The notes: generated by a model not told the origin, from the letters alone. 64,000 nt of DNA from Candidatus Poribacteria bacterium (GCA_965197475.1 CBDANF010000002.1:832001-896000), one strand, 5' to 3'. Counted from the first letter of the stretch, positions 29,234-41,087 are shown. Program-made: numbers and translations.

Positions 29234-30175
29234 TTACGCATCTTGTTGAATAGCATGAATCAATGCTTGATTCATTCGGTCGCGGAGTGCTTGTTGTTGC
29301 TCGTCTGTCCATTGATAAAACCCTTCCCCAGATTTCACACCGAGTTTGCCGGTGTCAACCATTTCTCGAAGGAGTGGATTGATGTCGGGAGAACTGTTTA
29401 AGTCTTTATAGAGTTCTTCAAAGGCAGCAAGCACTAAATCCCATCCTGCAAGTTCAAACACTTCAAATGGTCCTGCAACGCTAAGCCGCCTGCCAAAACT
29501 GTTGTGTACGACGAGGTCAACCGTCTCAGCACTGGCAATTCCTTGCTCCACAATGGCAAACGCTTCTCGGATAAGTGCAGCTTGCAGCCTCGGTCCCACG
29601 AAACCGAGTGCCTCCTTCTCAATAATCGCGGGTGTTTTGCCGATAGCGGTTAGGAGATCAAATGTCACAGACACGGTCTCATCGGATGTATCAGGACTGC
29701 GGATAAGTTCAACAAGCGGAATCAGATAAGGTGGATTAAAGTAGTGTGTGTTGAGTATCTTATCGGTGCGTTTGGCTTTCGCTCCAATCTGACTGGGCAT
29801 TAACGCGGTTGTGTTGCTTGCTAAAATTGTGTGCGGTTGACACAAGGTATCTAATTTCTCAAAAATCTGCTGTTTTAGCGACAGATTCTCGGTGACTGCC
29901 TCAACGACGAAATCTGCGATCTCTGATGCGACGGTGAGATCAGTAGTGGTCTGGATACGCTGCATGATTTCCGGGATGCGCGTATTTTCGATGACAGCAT
30001 GTTCAGCGAGCAGTGTCAGGTTTTTGCCGATCTGGACGCGTGCGTTATTGAGTTGTTCTTCGGTAATATCGTGGAGGTGGACACGGTAACCCGCACATGC
30101 GAATTCTTGTGCGATGCCGTGTCCCATCAGCCCTGCGCCGATTACGGCGATGTTTGTGATCTTGTTATTTGTCAT
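29234..30175 (-). CDS. 3-hydroxyacyl-CoA dehydrogenase family protein
   Basis: 'GAGLMGHGIA', 'EAVTENLSLK', 'SNT', 'HYFNPPYLIPLVE', 'GKLGVKSGEGFY'. Confidence 0.92.
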   Translation of the reverse strand: MTNNKITNIAVIGAGLMGHGIAQEFACAGYRVHLHDITEEQLNNARVQIGKNLTLLAEHAVIENTRIPEIMQRIQTTTDLTVASEIADFVVEAVTENLSLKQQIFEKLDTLCQPHTILASNTTALMPSQIGAKAKRTDKILNTHYFNPPYLIPLVELIRSPDTSDETVSVTFDLLTAIGKTPAIIEKEALGFVGPRLQAALIREAFAIVEQGIASAETVDLVVHNSFGRRLSVAGPFEVFELAGWDLVLAAFEELYKDLNSSPDINPLLREMVDTGKLGVKSGEGFYQWTDEQQQALRDRMNQALIHAIQQDA

Positions 30176-30208
30176 ATTTTTGGTTATGGATTGTTGGTTC
30201 AGACAATT

Positions 30209-30889
30209 TCATGCGCCAATAACAATAGTAAATTCGCCACGTGGTTCGGTAGATCGGAATTTTTCGAGTGCTTGGCTGATGTTGCCGCGGAATATCTCCT
30301 CAAATCGCTTTGTGAGTTCACGTGCGATGACGATGTCGCGTTCCCCCATCACATCAAGCGCGTCCTCAAGAAAGCGGCAGAGCCGATGCGGCGACTCAAA
30401 CAGTATTAGGGTTCGCTCTTCGTTAGCGAGGCGTGCCAATTGACGTTTACGTTTTCCCGATTTCGGAGAGAGGAATCCTTCAAAGGTGAAGTTATGTAGC
30501 GGTAGACCAGAGACAGCTGCCGCCGCAAGGATTGCTGAAGCACCAGGGATCGGCACGATCGGCACGGCTTCAGCGACGCACTCCTGTAGGAGCGGATAAC
30601 CTGGATCTGATATCGTGGGTGTGCCAGCATCCGAGACGAGCGCGATAGATTCTCCTGCCTTCAACCGTGCGACCAATTTTTCCGATTTCGTCTTTTGGTT
30701 TCCTTCAAAATAACTCGTGAGCGGGGTTTTGATTTCGTAATGTGTTAATAATCGGCGTGTCTGGCGGGTATCTTCAGCGGCAATCAGGTCAACCTCTTTG
30801 AGGACACGTAATGAGCGTAAGGTAATGTCCTCTAAATTTCCGATCGGTGTGCTGACGAGGTAAAGTGTGCCGGGGTCAATGTTGTGCAT
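30209..30889 (-). CDS. rsmI: 16S rRNA (cytidine1402-2'-O)-methyltransferase
   Basis: 'LYLVSTPIGNLEDIT', 'AAEDTR', 'SDAGTPTISDPG', 'ESPHR', 'ARELTK'; start taken at MHNIDPG. Confidence 0.95.
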   Translation of the reverse strand: MHNIDPGTLYLVSTPIGNLEDITLRSLRVLKEVDLIAAEDTRQTRRLLTHYEIKTPLTSYFEGNQKTKSEKLVARLKAGESIALVSDAGTPTISDPGYPLLQECVAEAVPIVPIPGASAILAAAAVSGLPLHNFTFEGFLSPKSGKRKRQLARLANEERTLILFESPHRLCRFLEDALDVMGERDIVIARELTKRFEEIFRGNISQALEKFRSTEPRGEFTIVIGA

Positions 30890-31003
30890 GTTTTTATTGA
30901 TTGTTAAAAGAGATTTTGGATGCCACCTGAAACCTTTTAGTGGTATTTTAGCAAAAGTTGCAGATTTCGGCAAGGGTGTAGGAAACAAAGGTTCGTTAGT
31001 TTC

Positions 31004-31033
31004 TTTACATAAAAATTGGAAATATGGTATAAT
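31004..31033 (+). promoter_or_regulatory. putative sigma70 promoter of the rhaI-rpiA operon
   Basis: TTTACA, 18-bp spacer, TATAAT with upstream TGG. Confidence 0.5.
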
Positions 31034-31072
31034 TATTCACAAAATATGAACTGCGATCAGGAGAAAACATAT

Positions 31073-32290
31073 ATGAGCAGCAGTCCAGCTTATAACCTGT
31101 TAGCTGAAACGTTAGAGAGACAGGGAATTCAGGTTGAGGCAATTAAAGCGCACCTCAAACAGCAACATATTGAAACACCGTCATGGGGTTACGGTAATTC
31201 CGGCACTCGATTTGGCGTGTTTGAACAACCCAGCGCAGCAAGGAACGCCGCTGAACGTTTAGAAGATGCAGCCACTGTGCACCGATTCACCGGCGTTGCA
31301 CCCACCGTTGCACTTCACATTCCATGGGATAAAACTGACGACTGGGGAGCATTGAAACAATACGCTGCAGATGTTGGCATCGGTATCGGCGCGATTAACC
31401 CGAACGTTTTTCAAGACCAAGTATACAAACTCGGTAGCGTCTGCAATCCGAACGCAGATATACGCCGTCTCGCGATTGACCACATGTTAGAATGTGTTGA
31501 CATAATAGAAAAAATGGGGTCGGATTTACTTAGTTTGTGGTTCGCTGACGGCACAAACTTTCCCGGTCAAGCCAACTTCAGAAAACGTAAGCAGTGGATG
31601 ACAGAAGCGTTAGGCGAAGTTTACGATGCACTTCCTGATGCCACCCGAATGCTGATTGAATATAAGTTCTTTGAACCGGCATTTTATCACACCGATTTAG
31701 CAGATTGGGGTGCCGCTTACTTGATGGCAACAAAACTGGGACCGAAAGCGCAAGTCCTCGTTGATCTCGGGCACCATCCCCAAGGCACCAATATTGAGTT
31801 CATTGTCGCATACCTAATTGACGAAGGTAAGCTCGGTGGATTCCACTTCAACTGCCGAAAATACGCGGACGATGATCTGACAGTAGGGTCTATTAATCCA
31901 CAAGAACTCTTCTTAATCTATACTGAGCTTGTCGCTGCAGAACTTGATCCAGAAACGGAAACTGATATCGCCTATATGATTGACCAGAGTCACAATTTGA
32001 AACCGAAGGTTGAAGCGAGTATCCAATCGGTATGCAACCTGCAAAAAGCTTACGCAAAGGCATTATTAGTTGATAGAGAAGCGTTGGCAGAAGCACAGGA
32101 TGCAGCAGACTTGGTTGAAGCGGAGAGCATCTTACAACGTGCGTCCGAAACAGATGTGAATCCGCTGCTTGAGCAGGTGCGTTTAGAGATGGGACGAGAC
32201 CCACACCCATTGACAGCATACCGAAAGAGCGGATACTATGAGAAAATTAGTAAAGCGCGCGTCGGTGGCGAAAGCCAAGGCTGGGCATGA
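31073..32290 (+). CDS. rhaI: L-rhamnose isomerase (RhaI type)
   Basis: '[15 protein letters not shown]', 'LHIPWD', 'LWFADGTN', 'EYKFFEP', 'DLGHH', 'YADDDL'; RBS AGGAG before ATG 31073. Confidence 0.88.
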   Translation: MSSSPAYNLLAETLERQGIQVEAIKAHLKQQHIETPSWGYGNSGTRFGVFEQPSAARNAAERLEDAATVHRFTGVAPTVALHIPWDKTDDWGALKQYAADVGIGIGAINPNVFQDQVYKLGSVCNPNADIRRLAIDHMLECVDIIEKMGSDLLSLWFADGTNFPGQANFRKRKQWMTEALGEVYDALPDATRMLIEYKFFEPAFYHTDLADWGAAYLMATKLGPKAQVLVDLGHHPQGTNIEFIVAYLIDEGKLGGFHFNCRKYADDDLTVGSINPQELFLIYTELVAAELDPETETDIAYMIDQSHNLKPKVEASIQSVCNLQKAYAKALLVDREALAEAQDAADLVEAESILQRASETDVNPLLEQVRLEMGRDPHPLTAYRKSGYYEKISKARVGGESQGWA

Positions 32291-32961
32291 ACAAGGAATA
32301 CCTGAAAAAAATCGCTGCAGAAAAAGCCACTGATGAGGTCCGAGAGGGTATGGTTCTCGGATTAGGGACCGGCTCTACCGTCTACTACGCGTTATTGAAA
32401 CTCGGAGCGATGGTCCGAGAAGGTCTCAATATCATTGGAATCCCAACCTCCGATGGCACAGAGAAAATCGCCATAGAACAAGGTATTCCGCTTTCAACAC
32501 TTGCAGTGCATCCCACAATAGAATTAACAATTGATGGTGCCGACGAAGTGGATGCACACCTAAACTTAATTAAGGGCGGCGGTGCAGCACTTGTCAGAGA
32601 AAAGATTATTGCTCATGTCTCCAAACGAATCCTGATTGTTGTTGATGAAAGCAAGGTGTCGCAAGTTCTCGGTACTTCATTTGCACTACCGGTGGAAATT
32701 GTGCGGTTCGGATGGGAAGCAACACAGCGAGAAGTTGATAAGGTGTGCGAACAATCAGAATTACGCGGAGGAATTGAAAACCCGTTGATTACAGATAATG
32801 GAAACTATATTTTGGATTGCCACTTCAATGGAATTCCTGAACCCGAAAAGATTGAGTTGCAACTGAACAACATCCCCGGTGTCGTTGAGAACGGTATTTT
32901 TGTGAATCGCGCGGACAAAGTTATAATCGGCACCCCTTCCGGTGTCAGATACATGGAGTAG
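32287..32961 (+). CDS. rpiA: ribose-5-phosphate isomerase A
   Basis: 'GLGTGST', 'DGADEVD', '[12 protein letters not shown]', 'TDNGNYILD'. Confidence 0.96.
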   Translation: MNKEYLKKIAAEKATDEVREGMVLGLGTGSTVYYALLKLGAMVREGLNIIGIPTSDGTEKIAIEQGIPLSTLAVHPTIELTIDGADEVDAHLNLIKGGGAALVREKIIAHVSKRILIVVDESKVSQVLGTSFALPVEIVRFGWEATQREVDKVCEQSELRGGIENPLITDNGNYILDCHFNGIPEPEKIELQLNNIPGVVENGIFVNRADKVIIGTPSGVRYME

Positions 32962-33791
32962 TGTCAATGGGCCGACATCTAATCTTGTACTCTTTACTAC
33001 TCTCTGTATCCCTCATGCTGTCTACTCCTGTTAGCGGCGAAATTTTTACGGAGAGCGGATTGGTAGATATCCCAACAGGTGAGGTGCTAAAACACGGTAT
33101 ATTCGGGGCAGGTGTATCTGCTATATTCCAGAATTCATCAGATTTCCCGCGCGATGCTGTGATGTTTCGTCTCAACTTCGGGATGTTTGATAGAGTTGAA
33201 GTCGGCTTGTCAAACCTATTGCTTCAGGATAACAACATTCCCCGCTACTTTTTGGCACACTTAAAGGCACAACTTTTAGTAGAATCAGGGTTAATCCCCA
33301 ATGTGGCATTAGGTATTGAGAATCTTGGTGATAAAGTTAACCACAAATGGAATACTTATCAACCGCAATCAGTATTCCTTGTAATCAGTAAGACGTTTAA
33401 CCTACCGAGAATTCACCTTATTTCAGGGCATATTGGTGTCGGCAATCACCGCTTTGCGTCCGATGAACGACCCATCGGACTGTTCGCAGGTATTAGCACA
33501 GAACTCCACCCTGCTTTTGCAAGAGGTGATATTGGTATTAATTTAGAATTTGATGGGGCGAGTATAAACGTTGGTGTACGGCATACTGCCGATAGTGGAC
33601 TTCAGGTTGCACTTGGTGCTGAAACATTGAACAAACCCGAAAAGATTCGTTATCTCGTCTCAATTGCGTGGACAAATGCACAGATGATGGAACAGATAGC
33701 AGGCGCGAAGCGACTTGCGCTACAAGCAGCAAAACTCGCAAGGCAAGCAAAACGCCCATCAACGAAAAAAGAAGAAACGTCAGCACAGTAG
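32961..33791 (+). CDS. YjbH-like outer-membrane beta-barrel protein
   Basis: Signal peptide, 'SGLVDIPTGEVL', alternating beta-strand pattern, 'PNVALGIENL'. Confidence 0.55.
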   Translation: MSMGRHLILYSLLLSVSLMLSTPVSGEIFTESGLVDIPTGEVLKHGIFGAGVSAIFQNSSDFPRDAVMFRLNFGMFDRVEVGLSNLLLQDNNIPRYFLAHLKAQLLVESGLIPNVALGIENLGDKVNHKWNTYQPQSVFLVISKTFNLPRIHLISGHIGVGNHRFASDERPIGLFAGISTELHPAFARGDIGINLEFDGASINVGVRHTADSGLQVALGAETLNKPEKIRYLVSIAWTNAQMMEQIAGAKRLALQAAKLARQAKRPSTKKEETSAQ

Positions 33792-33843
33792 CACAATCCT
33801 CTTGTAGAGGGATTTTCAACCACGATTAGAAATTACTGGTTTA

Positions 33844-34761
33844 CTACTTTGCCTCAATAGATTCCATCACATTCTGAAGCGATTTGAGTAACTCAGGCAA
33901 GAAATCTTGCGGCGGCACAAGGATAATTTCAATCCTGCGATTTTTTGCCTTCGCCTCTGCTGTTTCTGCCGTATCTATCGGTTGGTAAAACGCATATCCC
34001 GTTGCCGCTAAACGTTCTGGAGTGACATTAGCATTTTCTTGCAAATACTTCACTGCAGATATTGCCCTTTGTGTTGAGAGGTCCCAGTTCCGCAGTGCCG
34101 AACCCGCGATCGGGTTGTTGTCCGTATGCCCTTCAATGCGAATTGCGTAATCTGAATAATCTGAGTTTAGCAATATCTCTTCTGCAATTGCATCAAGTAG
34201 TTTTTTCCCCTCTGAACTCAGGACATCGCTGCCTGTTTCAAATAGAATTTTCCCCTTGACATCAAGCGTCAGTCGTCCTGCTTCATCCAACACTGCTCCG
34301 ACTGTATCTTTAAACCGTTCTTGGATAGCTGCAATCGACCGTTGTGATTGATCGCGAATCCGTTGTAATTCCGATTCAATCTTGGTCAACTTTGCACGAA
34401 GATTTTCCTTTTCGCTTTCAAGCGCGCTTTTGTCCTGTTGGAGTTTGTTCCGTTCAGCAGCGATCTTTCGCGCGGCCTCACTTGCATTTTCCAAAATCTC
34501 TTTCGTTCGGCTCAGTTCTGTCTGCGTTCCTTTGAAGGTCTTTTCGGTTTCAGCTAACTGTTTTTCTAACTCGGTTTTCGCAGTCTCAGTCGTTTGCAAT
34601 GTTGTTTTGGTAGTAGTCAAGTCTGCTTGCGTCTGCTTGAGTTCATCAGAAGTTGAATAGAGCAAAACTCCCAAAACGATGGCTGCAATAACAGCAACAA
34701 TTATAGATATGATTGCAACAATTCCTTTTTTACCCATCTGATTTTCCACCTGATTCTCCAT
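33844..34761 (-). CDS. membrane-anchored coiled-coil protein with OmpA/MotB C-terminal peptidoglycan-binding domain
   Basis: N-terminal TM, long heptad region, 'LFETGS', 'IEGHTDN', 'NWDLSTQRA', 'KNRRIEI'. Confidence 0.88.
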   Translation of the reverse strand: MENQVENQMGKKGIVAIISIIVAVIAAIVLGVLLYSTSDELKQTQADLTTTKTTLQTTETAKTELEKQLAETEKTFKGTQTELSRTKEILENASEAARKIAAERNKLQQDKSALESEKENLRAKLTKIESELQRIRDQSQRSIAAIQERFKDTVGAVLDEAGRLTLDVKGKILFETGSDVLSSEGKKLLDAIAEEILLNSDYSDYAIRIEGHTDNNPIAGSALRNWDLSTQRAISAVKYLQENANVTPERLAATGYAFYQPIDTAETAEAKAKNRRIEIILVPPQDFLPELLKSLQNVMESIEAK

Positions 34762-34762
34762 C

Positions 34763-35059
34763 TTATTCTCCTTGTAGGTTAAGTATAACATCAAAACTAT
34801 CGTCTTTTGATGTCTTATTCTTTTTGGTTATACTGCACACGGTGCAACGGTGGATAAGGATATAACCACCCTGTTTCATGGTGAACCCTACCGGTTCCAT
34901 TAAGCCGAAACAGGTCCCAGCGCGATCGCCTGGATTCACATCTACGTGTTGACTCCAGAGACATTCTGGACAGTGATTGGTGTAACCGTTTCCCCTCACA
35001 AATATGCCGCAATTTCCGCATGTAAAATCTTCAATGTGACGTTGAAATTTCTTATTCAC
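34763..35059 (-). CDS. RNHCP domain (Zn-binding) protein
   Basis: 'FTCGNCG', 'TNHCPECLWSQHVD.NPGDR...C.GLMEP', 'HRCTVC'. Confidence 0.88.
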   Translation of the reverse strand: MNKKFQRHIEDFTCGNCGIFVRGNGYTNHCPECLWSQHVDVNPGDRAGTCFGLMEPVGFTMKQGGYILIHRCTVCSITKKNKTSKDDSFDVILNLQGE

Positions 35060-35668
35060 TATTCAATGCTATCCTTTTCACCTGAGTGATCCGGTCTAAT
35101 GTTCGTTTTAAACTCGGAGATACGTTGGATGCACGTTCTAAATCCCAATGTTCTCGGACAAACTGCCTTAAACGGGTGTTATAACCATAACCTACTGGAA
35201 TTCTTGCTCCTTGTTGCGGAATCAGTTCATCTCGTATTTTTCTTTTTTTACTCATTCGTGCAAGTGAAACAAGGAATTCTTTGGGATTAAGGATCTCATC
35301 CGTGGTTGTCGGAATACGATGGGTAGGAATTGATAGAAAGGCTGCAAATCCTGCCCGATCAGCCATCACCCAAGATTCGACTTCCATCACAGCCGCACGA
35401 AACAAAAATCTTGGGTTGAGAGGACCTTTAATCCATGAGTAACAAGTCCTGGTGGACAACCTCGGGGCGAGTCTAAATCTGTCAACATAAAAATACCACG
35501 TTCTTCATGTGCTGCTTCGTTGAAACTCTGGGCTTTTTGTTGGAGGTAAGAGTTTCCTTTATACCCAGTTTTTCGCGAGATTTCAACATTAAAATGCTCA
35601 AGAATTTTAGTCGCAACTGTATCACTGAGTCTATCCTCAATCGCAAGAATTACGTTTTTTAATCCCAT
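35052..35668 (-). pseudogene. DUF4276-like TOPRIM-fold protein, frameshifted near 35440
   Basis: 'LAIEDRLS', 'LTDLD...CPP' in ORF 35387-35668; 'FRAAVMEVESWVMAD', 'SPSLKR' in ORF 35052-35459. Confidence 0.7.
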
Positions 35669-36808
35669 TCCAATAAACTCAATTGTTTGGGGTATCTGGT
35701 TAACACGATTTCACCCACTGTAATCCCATTTTTAAGGAGGACACACACTTCCTCAAAATCGGAGGCGGGTTTAACCACTGTCCCTCCTTTGCCAGGTGTG
35801 AGCATTAGTACTTCTCTACCATCAATGCCAGGTTCAATAAGAAGCACATCACTTTGTGTGCTAATTAAAACTTGGCATCCACTGTTCCTCTGCATCCGAG
35901 AAATCACAGGAGCAAGTTGAGAAACAATTCCGAGATTTAATGAGAGTTCAGGTTCTTCTAACAATACTATTGAATTGTTTTCGAGAAGTGACCACAAGAG
36001 TCCAATAAGCCGAAGCATCCCATCCGAAAATTGATCTTCGCGCTGCTTATTTTCACTTGAATACCAATGCGAATAATGTGCTTGTAAATGTGGATGTCCA
36101 GTGGTTTTATCGCGAATAAATTCCAATTTTTCGAACTGTGGGACTGCGATTTTGAGTGCATGTTCAATTTTTTTTGAGGCGGGAACGACGGGTGCTCGGA
36201 TGCGCACTCGCAACTCTTTCAAGAAATCCCTGTCCAAACGGATCATCTTCAATTATTTTGCCCTGAATCGCATCCGAAAATCGGATAAATTGCGGTACCA
36301 GATGAAGATAGGCGACATTTCTGAGGAATTTGCCAATCTCTCGAAACTTTGCATTAGTAGCACTTTGTTCAAGAGCAGTTTGCGTAAGACGGTCTGAGTC
36401 CTCGTTGTCATCTGAATCAGGTCTATCAACGAGCAGTTCACCTTCTCTCCAGACGCGTTCATGCGTGAGATAGGCTTGGCAATCGTCGCGAGTCTCTTGG
36501 CGAAATCCCACACCATATTGCCAAGTAGCAGGTTCATCTGGTGTTTCCGCGATGTGAATTTCTATAGCAACTTCTGGTTCATGTCCTGCGGACAGACACC
36601 GTATTTTGGAGACACCGCCCCGATCCTTGACTGCTTTCTGGAATCCGCCGCCATCTACTTTGACAATATCACGCAGAAAGCGAAAAATGTCCAGTAGATT
36701 AGATTTACCCGAAGCATTTGGACCAACGATAAACTGCCGCTCTCTAAGGGGAACATTAACCTGTTGAAAACTTCGCCAGTTTTTGGCAATAAGTCGATTG
36801 ATAATCAT
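35659..36808 (-). pseudogene. AAA_21/ABC-type ATPase, frameshifted at the T8 run 36168-36175
   Basis: Walker A 'GPNASGKSN'; signature 'SDGMLR' and Walker B 'LLEEPE' in the second frame; removing one base gives 'RLKKIEHAL'. Confidence 0.82.
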
Positions 36809-36958
36809 AATGACAAGTTCCCTCTACAATAGATATGTCTGCAATGTGATATGAAAATGATAACATATCCGAGACACGGACGCCAACCGAAAATGCGTGA
36901 TGAGCATTCCACTTTCGCAGAGAAAAGACTCAATCAGGAAACCTCGCCTAATGAACCT

Positions 36959-39085
36959 TTAAGAACCGATGAAGGGTTTGACATCCCACAGCAGGATTGT
37001 GCAGTCGTGACTCCCACTTGCGAGAAGCGTGTTGTCTGGCGAAAAGGTGAGTGACTGTACATCCGTTGGATGTCCCCAGAAGGTCGTGATCTCCTCACCG
37101 GTAGCAACATCCCACAACCGGATTGCCATCTTCTCCATCCCTTTCTCCCTTTGCCACCACGTCCCGGATGCGAGATACTTACCACACGGTGAAAAAGCAA
37201 GGGCATACGGCTTTTGTGTCTGCGGTTGCGGTATCTCCAAAAGCGTTGTCAGCGTTTCAGCACACCACAAGCGGAGTTCACCGAACATCCCTGTAGCAAT
37301 TACGCTGCCACACGGTGAAAATGCTAACCCCATAAGTGTCCGAGATTCATCCAAGGGAAACGTCGCAATTTGTTCACCCGATGCAACATCCCACAACTTG
37401 GAGGTTTTATCGCTTGAACTATTGACCAGTCGCTTGCCATCTGGTGCGAAGGACACTGACCAGATGAAATCTGTATGCCCTGTGAGTGATCTCAACCTCT
37501 CATTCCGTTTGAGATCGTATAGATAGATTGTGCCTTCTCTACTTCCGACTGCAAGCCGATCACCTGCCGGTGCGAACGCCATACGCCAAACTAAGTGTGC
37601 CTGTTCGGTAAATTCAGCAATTGGTTCATCAGGTTTCTCAGCATCCCAGACCGCGACATTTTCTTCATCCTGTACAGTAGCAGCCAGCATGTTTCCGCAC
37701 GGCAAAACAGTAAAAGAGGTGATACGCTTATCCCCCAGTAATATTTTCTGTGCCTGCTTACGTTCAACATCCCATAACACAACCCCCATGCGATAGCCCT
37801 TTGCGGCAAGGGTCGATCCATCCGCCGAAAACAGTACAGGATCTGGATAACAGGCAAACTCACGAAGCGTTGAGGATGTATGAATATTACCAACCTTAGT
37901 CTTTTTGTCAGCAATAGCCAACTGTGGGAACTTCTTAAACCATTTGGCATCAATACTCTTCGGGTGCAATTCGAGTGTGTGTAATTTTTCACGGCGTTCC
38001 ATATTCCAAATCTCAATTGTATTTTGCCGATCAACAGCAGCAAGTAACACACCCTCTGGCGAGTAGAATGGCTCTTTCCAAGATTTACCTGAGTCTGTAT
38101 AAACCATCTTTTGTACACCCTTTCGGAGCTCCCATACACGCAGTATTTTTTCTTCACCATCTTCACCGCTTGATGCAGATGATGCCAAGCATAGACCGCA
38201 CGGCGAGAAAACAATACGATGACCCCAATTGCTATGTTCTGTGAGGTAAGCGAAGCGTTCACCCGTCGCGATTTCCCATACCGAGATAAAATTGTAACTA
38301 CTGGCGGCATCCTCAGCTTTGCTTAAGGTTTCATCGGGACACGCACACGCTATCAGACGACTATCTGGAGAAAAGACAAAATTTCTACCTGCAAACTTAA
38401 GGATTGCCTCACCCGTTTCTGGATGCCATACGTAAGTTTGTATTCCTTCTGTGTCTGGATTAACGAGTTTGCGTTCACCGTCTCGGAACGTATAAACTTT
38501 AGGATTTCCCACAGTAGCAGCAAGGAATTTGCTGTCCGCCGAAAACTCAAGATGGGCAACATCATTTGATTGCGTATCACGTTCACCTCTGTCCATCCGT
38601 GCGATGCACACACCTTGGTGAATATCCAATACTTCAATAACGCCCTTCTGATTCGCGGTGGCAATCCACTTGCGATCTGGGGAAAAGACAACATGCGCAT
38701 AGATATTCTGCGCTCCCGTCCGCTTCATCTGCGCGATGCACTCACCTGTCTGAACATCCATTACCTTGAGGATACCATCCCAATTGGCGATAGCGATCCA
38801 CTCGCCATCGGGTGAAAAATCAGCACTGGCGATCAATCCCCGCTCTGTTTCCCACAATGCAATAGGAGGCTTTGACGACATTTCATACCACCAGAGTCCT
38901 ATACGGGTTTGAACGGCGAAATACACACCGTCTGGAGAGAGTGCCAGTTTCGGTCCCCCACCAGACAATACAATTCCTTTTCCCAATCGGGCAATCGCGC
39001 CTTCCGGTAATGCCCACGTTGTTCCTTCGGAGTCACTCGGAACAACGTTAAGCGGTGCTGGTCTGCGGCTTTGCATGGTATTCAC
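36959..39085 (-). CDS. WD40 repeat protein, no signal peptide
   Basis: 'TWALPEGAIARLGKG', multiple FSPDG/FSPCG...WD repeats. Confidence 0.9.
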   Translation of the reverse strand: MNTMQSRRPAPLNVVPSDSEGTTWALPEGAIARLGKGIVLSGGGPKLALSPDGVYFAVQTRIGLWWYEMSSKPPIALWETERGLIASADFSPDGEWIAIANWDGILKVMDVQTGECIAQMKRTGAQNIYAHVVFSPDRKWIATANQKGVIEVLDIHQGVCIARMDRGERDTQSNDVAHLEFSADSKFLAATVGNPKVYTFRDGERKLVNPDTEGIQTYVWHPETGEAILKFAGRNFVFSPDSRLIACACPDETLSKAEDAASSYNFISVWEIATGERFAYLTEHSNWGHRIVFSPCGLCLASSASSGEDGEEKILRVWELRKGVQKMVYTDSGKSWKEPFYSPEGVLLAAVDRQNTIEIWNMERREKLHTLELHPKSIDAKWFKKFPQLAIADKKTKVGNIHTSSTLREFACYPDPVLFSADGSTLAAKGYRMGVVLWDVERKQAQKILLGDKRITSFTVLPCGNMLAATVQDEENVAVWDAEKPDEPIAEFTEQAHLVWRMAFAPAGDRLAVGSREGTIYLYDLKRNERLRSLTGHTDFIWSVSFAPDGKRLVNSSSDKTSKLWDVASGEQIATFPLDESRTLMGLAFSPCGSVIATGMFGELRLWCAETLTTLLEIPQPQTQKPYALAFSPCGKYLASGTWWQREKGMEKMAIRLWDVATGEEITTFWGHPTDVQSLTFSPDNTLLASGSHDCTILLWDVKPFIGS

Positions 39086-39119
39086 TCCTTAACAGATTTG
39101 ACATTCAGTGTCCCACGTT

Positions 39120-41029
39120 TTAAGTATCGATGAAGGGCTTCACATCCCACAGCAGAATTGTGCCATCAAAACCACCACTCGCCAAAAGCGTCCCATCAGG
39201 TGAAAAGGCAAGCGACTGCACATCTGTCGTATGTCCCCAGAAGGTATGGATATTCTCGCCAGTTTCAACATTCCATAAACGGATTGCCATCTTCTCCATT
39301 CCCTTTTGCCACCAGGTCCCAGACGCAAGATATTTGCTACACGGCGAAAAAGCAAGTGCATCATACGTCCGTCGGCTGTTCTCAGGTTGCGGTATCGTGC
39401 GTAACGCCGTCAGTTGCTCAGCACACCACAAGCGAACCTCGTCGCCCATTCCGCCAGCAATTAGCTTGCCACATGGTGAGAATGCTATTGCTGCTCTGTA
39501 TGTGAGAGGTTCATCCAAAGGGAGTGTCGCAATCTGTTCACCAGATTCAACGTCCCATAACCGGACTGTTTTATCCTTTGATCCACTCGCAAGTCCTTTA
39601 CCATCTGGAGAAAATGCCAACGAACAGATGAGATCGGTGTGGCCTGTAAGGCGTTCCAATTTTTCCTTTTGTTTGAAATTCCATACATAAATCGCGTTAT
39701 CTATGCCTCTTCCCGCAAACCGATCACCTGTTGGAGTAAATACTATACACTCTATTGATTCCGTTTGTTGAGCGATTTCAAATTCGGCAATCGGTTCATC
39801 AGGTTTGTCAACATCCCACACGTAGACAGTCCGTTGATTATTGGAGCGATCTCTATAAGAGGAAACAGCCAAGATGTTACCATCAGGGCGAAAAGCGAAC
39901 GATTTGATGAACACTTCCTTCATTAAAGTTTTCCGTGCTTCCTTACTCACAACATCCCATAACACGACACCTCTACCTGAACGTATACATGCGAGTGTCT
40001 GTCCATCCGGTGAAAAACGGATCTGTCCCAGAGGGTAAACAGATTCACCCAATATTGAGGATTTGTGTATGTTTCTACATTTATCCTTTTTATGCGAAGG
40101 GATATCTGCATCTGTGTCGGAGAGAGTTAATTGCGGATATCTTTTTATACATGTAGCTTCAATACTTTCTGGATGTAAGTCCAAAACATGTAGCTTTTCA
40201 CGGCGTTCTACATTCCAGACTTCAATTGTGTCTTGTCGATCCTCAATAGCATGTAGTTCACCTTTTAGTGAGAAAAATGGGTTTCTCCTGACTGTCCCAG
40301 ATTCGTTATATATCATCTTTGGCATATTCTTTCCAAATTCCCACACATTTAGTGTTTTATCTCCTTGTGTGACACACGCCAACTGACGATTGTCCGGTGA
40401 AAAAGCAAAATGTCTTCCCTCAAACTTCATAATCGGTGTTCCAGTTTCTGATGGCCATACATAAGTATTCCAATCTGCTGTAGCGGCGAGGAGTTTTCTA
40501 TCAGGCGAAAAATCGAGTCGAGAAATTCCACCCCTGGTTTCATGTCCACCCCAATCCATCTCCGCGATGCGGACACCGTTTTGGAGATCCAATACTTGAA
40601 CTATGCGCTTAGATTGGGAGGCGGAGGCAATCCAATTGCTCTCTGGAGAAAAGGTAATGTATCTATTTTTCATCCACATTATTTCTGTGATACACTCACC
40701 ACTCTGAACATCTCGTATCTTAATTCTACCATCCCAATTGTGCCAATGGCAATCAACTTACCATCAGACGAAAAATTGACAGCAGAAATAAGACCGCGTT
40801 CCGTTTCCCACAAAGCAATGGGTGACCTTGACGACATTTTGTACCACCAGAGTCCCATACGAGTGCCAATGACGAAATATGTGCCATCTGGAGAAATTCC
40901 TACCTCACTCTCTCTTTGTTGATAATACCCCTTCCCTAATCGCGCGAGTGAACCTTCCGGTAATGCCCATGTTGTACCTGTCGTGTCGTCCGGCACAACA
41001 TTAAATGGTGCAGGTTTTGGGTTTTGCAT
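39120..41029 (-). pseudogene. WD40 repeat protein, paralog of 36959-39085, frameshifted near 40740
   Basis: Same N-cap and same C-terminus 'MEKMAIRLW...FWGH.TDVQSL...LLWDVKPFI'; frame changes at 'GGC AC AAT TGG GAT'. Confidence 0.8.
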
Positions 41030-41087
41030 TGTATTTACTCCTTGTTATGGAAAGCACTGAGGCACGGAGATATCGCGCTACAAATGG

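Noticed and set aside
33844-34761. Flagellar stator MotB
   Set aside because: The TM segment lacks the conserved Asp motif and no motA is adjacent.
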